The notes under the pieces were generated by a model. That model worked only from the letters and a program-made list of their open reading frames with translations, did no database searches and was not told where the DNA came from. From the human T2T-CHM13v2.0 reference genome, Homo sapiens, in NCBI RefSeq assembly GCF_009914755.1, contig NC_060941.1: a DNA stretch of 64,000 nucleotides; one strand, 5' to 3'. Positions within the stretch are counted from its first letter, which is position 1, and the number at the start of each line of letters is the position of its first letter. Both the position numbers and the translations under genes were made by a program. Shown here piece after piece: positions 1 to 11,300 of this stretch.

Positions 1-77
1 AACCTTCCTTTGATAGTTCAGCTTTGAAACACTCTTTTTGTAGGTTCTGCAGGTGGATATTTGGACCACTCTTTGGC

Positions 78-94
78 CTTCGTTCGAAACGGGT
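78..94 (+). other. CENP-B box (CTTCGTTCGAAACGGGT), core intact; repeated in each HOR
   Basis: Matches the 9-base core nTTCGnnnnAnnCGGGn. Confidence 0.85.
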
Positions 95-590
95 ACATCT
101 TCAAATAAAATCTAGACAGAAGCCTTCTCAGAAACTTCTCTGTGACGATTGCATTCAACTCAGAGAGTTGAACCCTCCTATGGATAGAGCAGTTTTGAAT
201 CTCTCTTTTTGTGGAATCTGCAAGTGGATATGTGGTCCTCTTTGAAGATGTCTTTGGAAACGGGAATATCTTCACATAAAAACTAAACAGAAGCATTCTC
301 AGAAACTTCTCTGTGATGTTTGTGTTCAACTCACAGAGTTTCACGTTGCTTTTCATAGAGCAGATGAGAAACATGCTTTTCGTAGGGTCTGCAAGTGGAC
401 ATTTGGAGAGCTTTCAGGCCTGTGGTGGAAAACGAATTATCGTCACGTAAAAACTAGAGAGAAGCATTGTCAGAAACTTGTTTGTGATGACTGCATTCAA
501 CTCACAGAGTTGAAGGTTCCTTTTCAAACAGCAGTTTCCAAACACTCTTTCTGTGGCATCTGCAAGTGGATGTTTGGGCCTCTTTGAAGA

Positions 591-607
591 TTTCGTTGGA
601 AACGGGA
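591..607 (+). other. Canonical CENP-B box (TTTCGTTGGAAACGGGA); repeated in each HOR
   Basis: Exact match to YTTCGTTGGAARCGGGA. Confidence 0.95.
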
Positions 608-1103
608 TAATCTTCACAGAAAAGCTAAACAGAAGCATGCTCAGAAACTTCTTTGTGATGTTTGCTTTCAACTCACAGAGTTGAACTTTCCTTTTGAGAG
701 AGAAGCTTTGAAACACTCTTTTTCTAGAATCTGCAAGTGGATATTTGGAGGGCTTTGAGGCCTGAGGTGGAACAGGAATTATCTTCCCGTAAGAACTAGA
801 TAGATGCATTCTCAGAAACTATTTTGTGACGATTGCATTCAAGTCACAGAGGTGAACATTCCCTTTCAGAGAGCACTTTGGAAACTCTCGTTGTGTAGAA
901 TCTACAAGTGGAGATATGGACCGCTTTGAGGCCTATGGTAGTAAAGGAAACAGCTTCATATAAAAACTAGACAGCAGCATTCTCAGAAAACTCTTTGTGA
1001 CGACTGAGTTTAACTCACAGGGCTGAACATTCCTTTGGATGGAGCAGTTTGGAAACACACTATCTGTAGGATCTGCAAGCGGATACTTGGGCCTCCCTGA
1101 GGA

Positions 1104-1120
1104 TTTCGTTGGAAACGGGA
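1104..1120 (+). other. Canonical CENP-B box (TTTCGTTGGAAACGGGA); polymorphic along the array
   Basis: Exact consensus match in U1-U8, core broken in U9/U10, TTTCGTGGGAAACGGGA from U11 onward. Confidence 0.95.
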
Positions 1121-1441
1121 TAAACCGCACAGAACTAAACAGAAGCATTCTCAGAGCCTTCTTCGTGATGTTTGCATTCAACCCACAGTGTTGAACCTTT
1201 CTTTGATAGTTCAGGTTTGAAACACTCTTTTTGTAGAAACTGCAAGTGGATAACTGCACTTCTTTGAGGCCTATCGTAGTAAAGGAAATAACTTCCTATA
1301 AAAACAAGACAGAAGCTTTCTCAGAAAATTCTCTGGGATGATTGAGTTGAACTCACAGAGCAGTACTTTCCTTGGGATGGAGTAGTTTCGAAACACACTT
1401 TCTGTAGAATCTGCAAGTGGATATTTGGACCTGTCTGAGGA

Positions 1442-1458
1442 ATTCGTTGCAAACGGGA
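1442..1458 (+). other. CENP-B box variant (ATTCGTTGCAAACGGGA), core intact, overlapping the once-per-HOR EcoRI site GAATTC at 1440-1445
   Basis: Core TTCG....A..CGGG present; GAATTC seen once per unit on reading. Confidence 0.85.
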
Positions 1459-1606
1459 TAATTTCAGCTAAGTAAACAGAAGCAGTCTCAGAATCTTCTT
1501 GTGATGTTTGCATTCAAATCCCAGAATTGAACCTTCCTTTGAAAGTTCAGGTTGGAAACACTCTTTTTGCAGGATCTACAAGTGGATATTCGGACCACTC
1601 TGTGGA

Positions 1607-1623
1607 CTTCGTTCAAAACGGGT
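1607..1623 (+). other. CENP-B box variant (CTTCGTTC[A/G]AAACGGGT), core intact
   Basis: Core TTCG....A..CGGG present; A allele in U1, U4, U5 and G allele elsewhere. Confidence 0.85.
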
Positions 1624-1777
1624 ATATCTTCACATAACATCTAGACAGAAGCATTCTCAGAAACTTTTCTGTGATGACTGCATTCAACTCACAGAGTTGA
1701 ACACTCCTTTTGAGAGCGCAGTTTTGACACTCTCTTTCTCTGGAATCTGCAAGGGGACATGCAGACCTCTTTGAAGG

Positions 1778-1794
1778 TTTCGTTGGAAACGGAA
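1778..1794 (+). other. Degenerate CENP-B box (TTTCGTTGGAAACGGAA), 8/9 core bases
   Basis: Last core G is A in the units read; predicted non-binding or weak. Confidence 0.7.
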
Positions 1795-2290
1795 TCATCT
1801 TCACATAAAAATTACACGGAAGCATCCTCAGGAACTCCTTGGTGATGTTTGTATTCAACTTCCAGAGTTGAACTTTCCTTCGGAAAGAGCAGCTATGAAA
1901 CACTCTTTTTCTAGAATCTGCAAGTGGACATTGGGAGGGCTGTGAGGTTTGTGGTGGAAAAGGAAATATCTCCACATAAATACTAGATAGAAGCCTTCTC
2001 AGAAACTACTTTGTGATGACTGCATTCACCTCACGGAGTGGAGCATTCCTATTGACAGAGCAGTTTGGAAACACTCTTCTTGTAGAATCGGCTAGTGGAG
2101 AGTTGGAGCGCTTTGAGGCCTATGGTAGTAAAGGGAAGAGCTTCACATAAAATCTAGACAGAAGCATTCTCAGAAAATACTTTGTGGTGATTGAGTTTAA
2201 CACACAGAGCTGAACATTCCTTTGGATGGAGAAGCTTTGAAACACACTTTCTGTAGAATCTGCGAGTGGATATTTGGACCTCTCTGAGGA

Positions 2291-2307
2291 TTTCGTTGGA
2301 AACGGGA
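2291..2307 (+). other. Canonical CENP-B box (TTTCGTTGGAAACGGGA); repeated in each HOR
   Basis: Exact match to consensus. Confidence 0.95.
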
Positions 2308-5300
2308 TAACTGCACCTAACTAAACGGAAGCATTCTCACAAAATTCTTTGTGATGTTTGCATTCAAATCCCAGAGTTGAACCTTCCTTTGATAGTTCAG
2401 CTTTGAAACACTCTTTTTGTAGGTACTGCAGGTGGATATTTGGACCACTCTTTGGCCTTCGTTCGAAACGGGTACATCTTCAAATAAAATCTAGACAGAA
2501 GCCTTCTCAGAGACTTCTCTGTGACGATTGCATTCAACTCAAAGCGTTGAACCCTCCTATGGATAGAGCAGTTTTGAATCTCTCTTTTTGTGGAATCTGC
2601 AAGTGGATATGTGGTCCTCTTTGAAGATGTCTTTGGAAACGGGAATATCTTCACATAAAAACTAAACAGAAGCATTCTCAGAAACTTTTCTGTGATGTTT
2701 GTGTTCAACTCACAGAGTTTCACGTTGCTTTTCATAGAGCAGATGAGAAACATGCTTTTCGTAGGGTCTGCAAGTGGACATTTGGAGAGCTTTCAGGCCT
2801 GTGGTGGAAAACGAATTATCGTCACGTAAAAACTAGAGAGAAGCATTGTCAGAAACTTGTTTGTGATGACTGCATTCAACTCACAGAGTTGAAGGTTCCT
2901 TTTCAAACAGCAGTTTCCAAACACTCTTTCTGTGGCATCTGCAAGTGGATGTTTGGGCCTCTTTGAAGATTTCGTTGGAAACGGGATAATCTTCACAGAA
3001 AAGCTAAACAGAAGCATGCTCAGAAACTTCTTTGTGATGTTTGCTTTCAACTCACAGAGTTGAACTTTCCTTTTGAGAGAGAAGCTTTGAAACACTCTTT
3101 TTCTAGAATCTGCAAGTGGATATTTGGAGGGCTTTGAGGCCTGAGGTGGAACAGGAATTATCTTCCCGTAAGAACTAGATAGATGCATTCTCAGAAACTA
3201 CTTTGTGACGATTGCATTCAAGTCACAGAGGTGAACATTCCCTTTCAGAGAGCACTTTGGAAACTCTCGTTGTGTAGAATCTGCAAGTGGAGATATGGAC
3301 CGCTTTGAGGCCTATGGTAGTAAAGGAAACAGCTTCATATAAAAACTAGACAGCAGCATTCTCAGAAAACTCTTTGTGACGACTGAGTTTAACTCACAGG
3401 GCTGAACATTCCTTTGGATGGAGCAGTTTGGAAACACACTATCTGTAGGATCTGCAAGCGGATACTTGGGCCTCCCTGAGGATTTCGTTGGAAACGGGAT
3501 AAACCGCACAGAACTAAACAGAAGCATTCTCAGAGCCTTCTTCGTGATGTTTGCATTCAACCCACAGTGTTGAACCTTTCTTTGATAGTTCAGGTTTGAA
3601 ACACTCTTTTTGTAGAAACTGCAAGTGGATAACTGCACTTCTTTGAGGCCTATCGTAGTAAAGGAAATAACTTCCTATAAAAACAAGACAGAAGCTTTCT
3701 CAGAAAATTCTCTGGGATGATTGAGTTGAACTCACAGAGCAGTACTTTCCTTGGGATGGAGTAGTTTCGAAACACACTTTCTGTAGAATCTGCAAGTGGA
3801 TATTTGGACCTGTCTGAGGAATTCGTTGCAAACGGGATAATTTCAGCTAAGTAAACAGAAGCAGTCTCAGAATCTTCTTGTGATGTTTGCATTCAAATCC
3901 CAGAATTGAACCTTCCTTTGAAAGTTCAGGTTGGAAACACTCTTTTTGCAGGATCTACAAGTGGATATTCGGACCACTCTGTGAACTTCGTTCGAAACGG
4001 GTATATCTTCACATAACATCTAGACAGAAGCATTCTCAGAAACTTTTCTGTGATGACTGCATTCAACTCACAGAGTTGAACACTCCTTTTGAGAGCGCAG
4101 TTTTGAAACTCTCCTTCTCTGGAATCTGCAAGGGGACATGCAGACCTCTTTGAAGGTTTCGTTGGAAACGGAATCATCTTCACATAAAAATTACACGGAA
4201 GCATCCTCAGGAACTCCTTGGTGATGTTTGTATTCAACTTCCAGAGTTGAACTTTCCTTCGGAAAGAGCAGCTATGAAACACTCTTTTTCTAGAATCTGC
4301 AAGTGGACATTGGGAGGGCTGTGAGGTTTGTGGTGGAAAAGGAAATATCTCCACATAAATACTAGATAGAAGCCTTCTCAGAAACTACTTTGTGATGACT
4401 GCATTCACCTCACGGAGTGGAGCATTCCTATTGACAGAGCAGTTTGGAAACACTCTTCTTGTAGAATCGGCTAGTGGAGAGTTGGAGCGCTTTGAGGCCT
4501 ATGGTAGTAAAGGGAAGAGCTTCACATAAAATCTAGACAGAAGCATTCTCAGAAAATACTTTGTGGTGATTGAGTTTAACACACAGAGCTGAACATTCCT
4601 TTGGATGGAGAAGCTTTGAAACACACTTTCTGTAGAATCTGCGAGTGGATATTTGGACCTCTCTGAGGATTTCGTTGGAAACGGGATAACTGCACCTAAC
4701 TAAACGGAAGCATTCTCACAAAATTCTTTGTGATGTTTGCATTCAAATCCCAGAGTTGAACCTTCCTTTGATAGTTCAGCTTTGAAACACTCTTTTTGTA
4801 GGTACTGCAGGTGGATATTTGGACCACTCTTTGGCCTTCGTTCGAAACGGGTACATCTTCAAATAAAATCTAGACAGAAGCCTTCTCAGAGACTTCTCTG
4901 TGACGATTGCATTCAACTAAAAGCGTTGAACCCTCCTATGGATAGAGCAGTTTTGAATCTCTCTTTTTGTGGAATCTGCAAGTGGATATGTGGTCCTCTT
5001 TGAAGATGTCTTTGGAAACGGGAATATCTTCACATAAAAACTAAACAGAAGCATTCTCAGAAACTTCTCTGTGATGTTTGTGTTCAACTCACAGAGTTTC
5101 ACGTTGCTTTTCATAGAGCAGATGAGAAACATGCTTTTCGTAGGGTCTGCAAGTGGACATTTGGAGAGCTTTCAGGCCTGTGGTGGAAAACGAATTATCG
5201 TCACGTAAAAACTAGAGAGAAGCATTGTCAGAAACTTGTTTGTGATGACTGCATTCAACTCACAGAGTTGAAGGTTCCTTTTCAAACAGCAGTTTCCAAA

Positions 5301-8300
5301 CACTCTTTCTGTGGCATCTGCAAGTGGATGTTTGGGCCTCTTTGAAGATTTCGTTGGAAACGGGATAATCTTCACAGAAAAGCTAAACAGAAGCATGCTC
5401 AGAAACTTCTTTGTGATGTTTGCTTTCAACTCACAGAGTTGAACTTTCCTTTTGAGAGAGAAGCTTTGAAACACTCTTTTTCTAGAATCTGCAAGTGGAT
5501 ATTTGGAGGGCTTTGAGGCCTGAGGTGGAACAGGAATTATCTTCCCGTAAGAACTAGATAGATGCATTCTCAGAAACTACTTTGTGACGATTGCATTCAA
5601 GTCACAGAGGTGAACATTCCCTTTCAGAGAGCACTTTGGAAACTCTCGTTGTGTAGAATCTGCAAGTGGAGATATGGACCGCTTTGAGGCCTATGGTAGT
5701 AAAGGAAACAGCTTCATATAAAAACTAGACAGCAGCATTCTCAGAAAACTCTTTGTGACGACTGAGTTTAACTCACAGGGCTGAACATTCCTTTGGATGG
5801 AGCAGTTTGGAAACACACTATCTGTAGGATCTGCAAGCGGATACTTGGGCCTCCCTGAGGATTTCGTTGGAAACGGGATAAACCGCACAGAACTAAACAG
5901 AAGCATTCTCAGAGCCTTCTTCGTGATGTTTGCATTCAACCCACAGTGTTGAACCTTTCTTTGATAGTTCAGGTTTGAAACACTCTTTTTGTAGAAACTG
6001 CAAGTGGATAACTGCACTTCTTTGAGGCCTATCGTAGTAAAGGAAATAACTTCCTATAAAAACAAGACAGAAGCTTTCTCAGAAAATTCTCTGGGATGAT
6101 TGAGTTGAACTCACAGAGCAGTACTTTCCTTGGGATGGAGTAGTTTCGAAACACACTTTCTGTAGAATCTGCAAGTGGATATTTGGACCTCTCTGAGGAA
6201 TTCGTTGCAAACGGGATAATTTCAGCTAAGTAAACAGAAGCAGTCTCAGAATCTTCTTGTGATGTTTGCATTCAAATCCCAGAATTGAACCTTCCTTTGA
6301 AAGTTCAGGTTGGAAACACTCTTTTTGCAGGATCTACAAGTGGATATTCGGACCACTCTGTGGACTTCGTTCGAAACGGGTATATCTTCACATAACATCT
6401 AGACAGAAGCATTCTCAGAAACTTTTCTGTGATGACTGCATTCAACTCACAGAGTTGAACACTCCTTTTGAGAGCGCAGTTTTGAAACTCTCCTTCTCTG
6501 GAATCTGCAAGGGGACATGCAGACCTCTTTGAAGGTTTCGTTGGAAACGGAATCATCTTCACATAAAAATTACACGGAAGCATCCTCAGGAACTCCTTGG
6601 TGATGTTTGTATTCAACTTCCAGAGTTGAACTTTCCTTCGGAAAGAGCAGCTATGAAACACTCTTTTTCTAGAATCTGCAAGTGGACATTGGGAGGGCTG
6701 TGAGGTTTGTGGTGGAAAAGGAAATATCTCCACATAAATACTAGATAGAAGCCTTCTCAGAAACTACTTTGTGATGACTGCATTCACCTCACGGAGTGGA
6801 GCATTCCTATTGACAGAGCAGTTTGGAAACACTCTTCTTGTAGAATGGGCTAGTGGAGATTTGGAGCGCTTTGAGGCCTATGGTAGTAAAGGGAAGAGCT
6901 TCACATAAAATCTAGACAGAAGCATTCTCAGAAAATACTTTGTGATGATTGAGTTTAACACACAGAGCTGAACATTCCTTTGGATGGAGAAGGTTTGAAA
7001 CACACTTTCTGTAGAATCTGCGAGTGGATATTTGGACCTCTCTGAGGATTTCGTTGGAAACGGGATAACTGCACCTAACTAAACGGAAGCATTCTCACAA
7101 AATTCTTTGTGATGTTTGCATTCCAATCCCAGAGTTGAACCTTCCTTTGATAGTTCAGCTTTGAAACACTCTTTTTGTAGGTACTGCAGGTGGATATTTG
7201 GACCACTCTTTGGCCTTCGTTCGAAACGGGTACATCTTCAAATAAAATCTAGACAGAAGCCTTCTCAGAAACTTCTCTGTGACGATTGCATTCAACTCAA
7301 AGCGTTGAACCCTCCTATGGATAGAGCAGTTTTGAATCTCTCTTTTTTTGGAATCTGCAAGTGGATATGTGGTCCTCTTTGAAGATGTCTTTGGAAACGG
7401 GAATATCTTCACATAAAAACTAAACAGAAGCATTCTCAGAAACTTCTCTGTGATGTTTGTGTTCAACTCACAGAGTTTCAAGTTGCTTTTCATAGAGCAG
7501 ATGAGAAACATGCTTTTCGTAGGGTCTGCAAGTGGACATTTGGAGAGCTTTCAGGCCTGTGGTGGAAAACGAATTATCGTCACGTAAAAACTAGAGAGAA
7601 GCATTGTCAGAAACTTGTTTGTGATGACTGCATTCAACTCACAGAGTTGAAGGTTCCTTTTCAAACAGCAGTTTCCAAACACTCTTTCTGTGGCATCTGC
7701 AAGTGGATGTTTGGGCCTCTTTGAAGATTTCGTTGGAAACGGGATAATCTTCACAGAAAAGCTAAACAGAAGCATTCTCAGAAACTTCTTTGTGATGTTT
7801 GCTTTCAACTCACAGAGTTGAACTTTCCTTTTGAGAGAGAAGCTTTGAAACACTCTTTTTCTAGAATCTGCAAGTGGATATTTGGAGGGCTTTGAGGCCT
7901 GAGGTGGAACAGGAATTATCTTCCCGTAAGAACTAGATAGATGCATTCTCAGAAACTACTTTGTGACGATTGCATTCAAGTCACAGAGGTGAACATTCCC
8001 TTTCAGAGAGCACTTTGGAAACTCTCGTTGTGTAGAATCTGCAAGTGGAGATATGGACCGCTTTGAGGCCTATGGTAGTAAAGGAAACAGCTTCATATAA
8101 AAACTAGACAGCAGCATTCTCAGAAAACTCTTTGTGACGACTGAGTTTAACTCACAGGGCTGAACATTCCTTTGGATGGAGCAGTTTGGAAACACACTAT
8201 CTGTAGGATCTGCAAGCGGATACTTGGGCCTCCCTGAGGATTTCGTTGGAAACGGGATAAACCGCACAGAACTAAACAGAAGCATTCTCAGAGCCTTCTT

Positions 8301-11300
8301 CGTGATGTTTGCATTCAACCCACAGTGTTGAACCTTTCTTTGATAGTTCAGGTTTGAAACACTCTTTTTGTAGAAACTGCAAGTGGATAACTGCACTTCT
8401 TTGAGGCCTATCGTAGTAAAGGAAATAACTTCCTATAAAAACAAGACAGAAGCTTTCTCAGAAAATTCTCTGGGATGATTGAGTTGAACTCACAGAGCAG
8501 TACTTTCCTTGGGATGGAGTAGTTTCGAAACACACTTTCTGTAGAATCTGCAAGTGGATATTTGGACCTGTCTGAGGAATTCGTTGCAAACGGGATAATT
8601 TCAGCTAAGTAAACAGAAGCAGTCTCAGAATCTTCTTGTGATGTTTGCATTCAAATCCCAGAATTGAACCTTCCTTTGAAAGTTCAGGTTGGAAACACTC
8701 TTTTTGCAGGATCTACAAGTGGATATTCGGACCACTCTGTGGACTTCGTTCAAAACGGGTATATCTTCACATAACATCTAGACAGAAGCATTCTCAGAAA
8801 CTTTTCTGTGATGACTGCATTCAACTCACAGAGTTGAACACTCCTTTTGAGAGCGCAGTTTTGACACTCTCTTTCTCTGGAATCTGCAAGGGGACATGCA
8901 GACCTCTTTGAAGGTTTCGTTGGAAACGGAATCATCTTCACATAAAAATTACACGGAAGCATCCTCAGGAACTCCTTGGTGATGTTTGTATTCAACTTCC
9001 AGAGTTGAACTTTCCTTCGGAAAGAGCAGCTATGAAACACTCTTTTTCTAGAATCTGCAAGTGGACATTGGGAGGGCTGTGAGGTTTGTGGTGGAAAAGG
9101 AAATATCTCCACATAAATACTAGATAGAAGCCTTCTCAGAAACTACTTTGTGATGACTGCATTCACCTCACGGAGTGGAGCATTCCTATTGACAGAGCAG
9201 TTTGGAAACACTCTTCTTGTAGAATCGGCTAGTGGAGATTTGGAGCGCTTTGAGGCCTATGGTAGTAAAGGGAAGAGCTTCACATAAAATCTAGACAGAA
9301 GCATTCTCAGAAAATACTTTGTGATGATTGAGTTTAACACACAGAGCTGAACATTCCTTTGGATGGAGAAGCTTTGAAACACACTTTCTGTAGAATCTGC
9401 GAGTGGATATTTGGACCTCTCTGAGGATTTCGTTGGAAACGGGATAACTGCACCTAACTAAACGGAAGCATTCTCACAAAATTCTTTGTGATGTTTGCAT
9501 TCCAATCCCAGAGTTGAACCTTCCTTTGATAGTTCAGCTTTGAAACACTCTTTTTGTAGGTACTGCAGGTGGATATTTGGACCACTCTTTGGCCTTCGTT
9601 CGAAACGGGTACATCTTCAAATAAAATCTAGACAGAAGCCTTCTCAGAAACTTCTCTGTGACGATTGCATTCAACTCAAAGCGTTGAACCCTCCTATGGA
9701 TAGAGCAGTTTTGAATCTCTCTTTTTTTGGAATCTGCAAGTGGATATGTGGTCCTCTTTGAAGATGTCTTTGGAAACGGGAATATCTTCACATAAAAACT
9801 AAACAGAAGCATTCTCAGAAACTTCTCTGTGATGTTTGTGTTCAACTCACAGAGTTTCAAGTTGCTTTTCATAGAGCAGATGAGAAACATGCTTTTCGTA
9901 GGGTCTGCAAGTGGACATTTGGAGAGCTTTCAGGCCTGTGGTGGAAAACGAATTATCGTCACGTAAAAACTAGAGAGAAGCATTGTCAGAAACTTGTTTG
10001 TGATGACTGCATTCAACTCACAGAGTTGAAGGTTCCTTTTCAAACAGCAGTTTCCAAACACTCTTTCTGTGGCATCTGCAAGTGGATGTTTGGGCCTCTT
10101 TGAAGATTTCGTTGGAAACGGGATAATCTTCACAGAAAAGCTAAACAGAAGCATTCTCAGAAACTTCTTTGTGATGTTTGCTTTCAACTCACAGAGTTGA
10201 ACTTTCCTTTTGAGAGAGAAGCTTTGAAACACTCTTTTTCTAGAATCTGCAAGTGGATATTTGGAGGGCTTTGAGGCCTGAGGTGGAACAGGAATTATCT
10301 TCCCGTAAGAACTAGATAGATGCATTCTCAGAAACTACTTTGTGACGATTGCATTCAAGTCACAGAGGTGAACATTCCCTTTCAGAGAGCACTTTGGAAA
10401 CTCTCGTTGTGTAGAATCTGCAAGTGGAGATATGGACCGCTTTGAGGCCTATGGTAGTAAAGGAAACAGCTTCATATAAAAACTAGACAGCAGCATTCTC
10501 AGAAAACTCTTTGTGACGACTGAGTTTAACTCACAGGGCTGAACATTCCTTTGGATGGAGCAGTTTGGAAACACACTATCTGTAGGATCTGCAAGCGGAT
10601 ACTTGGGCCTCCCTGAGGATTTCGTTGGAAACGGGATAAACCGCACAGAACTAAACAGAAGCATTCTCAGAGCCTTCTTCGTGATGTTTGCATTCAACCC
10701 ACAGTGTTGAACCTTTCTTTGATAGTTCAGGTTTGAAACACTCTTTTTGTAGAAACTGCAAGTGGATAACTGCACTTCTTTGAGGCCTATCGTAGTAAAG
10801 GAAATAACTTCCTATAAAAACAAGACAGAAGCTTTCTCAGAAAATTCTCTGGGATGATTGAGTTGAACTCACAGAGCAGTACTTTCCTTGGGATGGAGTA
10901 GTTTCGAAACACACTTTCTGTAGAATCTGCAAGTGGATATTTGGACCTGTCTGAGGAATTCGTTGCAAACGGGATAATTTCAGCTAAGTAAACAGAAGCA
11001 GTCTCAGAATCTTCTTGTGATGTTTGCATTCAAATCCCAGAATTGAACCTTCCTTTGAAAGTTCAGGTTGGAAACACTCTTTTTGCAGGATCTACAAGTG
11101 GATATTCGGACCACTCTGTGGACTTCGTTCAAAACGGGTATATCTTCACATAACATCTAGACAGAAGCATTCTCAGAAACTTTTCTGTGATGACTGCATT
11201 CAACTCACAGAGTTGAACACTCCTTTTGAGAGCGCAGTTTTGACACTCTCTTTCTCTGGAATCTGCAAGGGGACATGCAGACCTCTTTGAAGGTTTCGTT

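Larger units (their letters stand above)
123..2501 (+). repeat. One complete 14-monomer HOR unit; likely chr17 D17Z1-B (or D17Z1-C), suprachromosomal family 3
   Basis: Monomer starts (C of CATTCTCAG-like motif) at 123, 294, 465, 636, 807, 978, 1146, 1316, 1483, 1652, 1823, 1994, 2165, 2332; lengths 171x5, 168, 170, 167, 169, 171x3, 167, 170 sum to 2379. The pentameric substructure with short ~167-bp monomers is typical of SF3. The 14-mer/2379-bp size matches my recollection of D17Z1-B/-C; locus not verified by alignment. Confidence 0.7.

Noticed and set aside
247-265. Possible CENP-B box GTCTTTGGAAACGGGA
   Set aside because: It lacks the essential TTCG half of the core, so it is counted as degenerate.
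1295-1305. TATA-like CCTATAAAA (and CATATAAAA near 957) as promoters
   Set aside because: These are ordinary variants of the alphoid CACATAAAA motif with no supporting promoter context.
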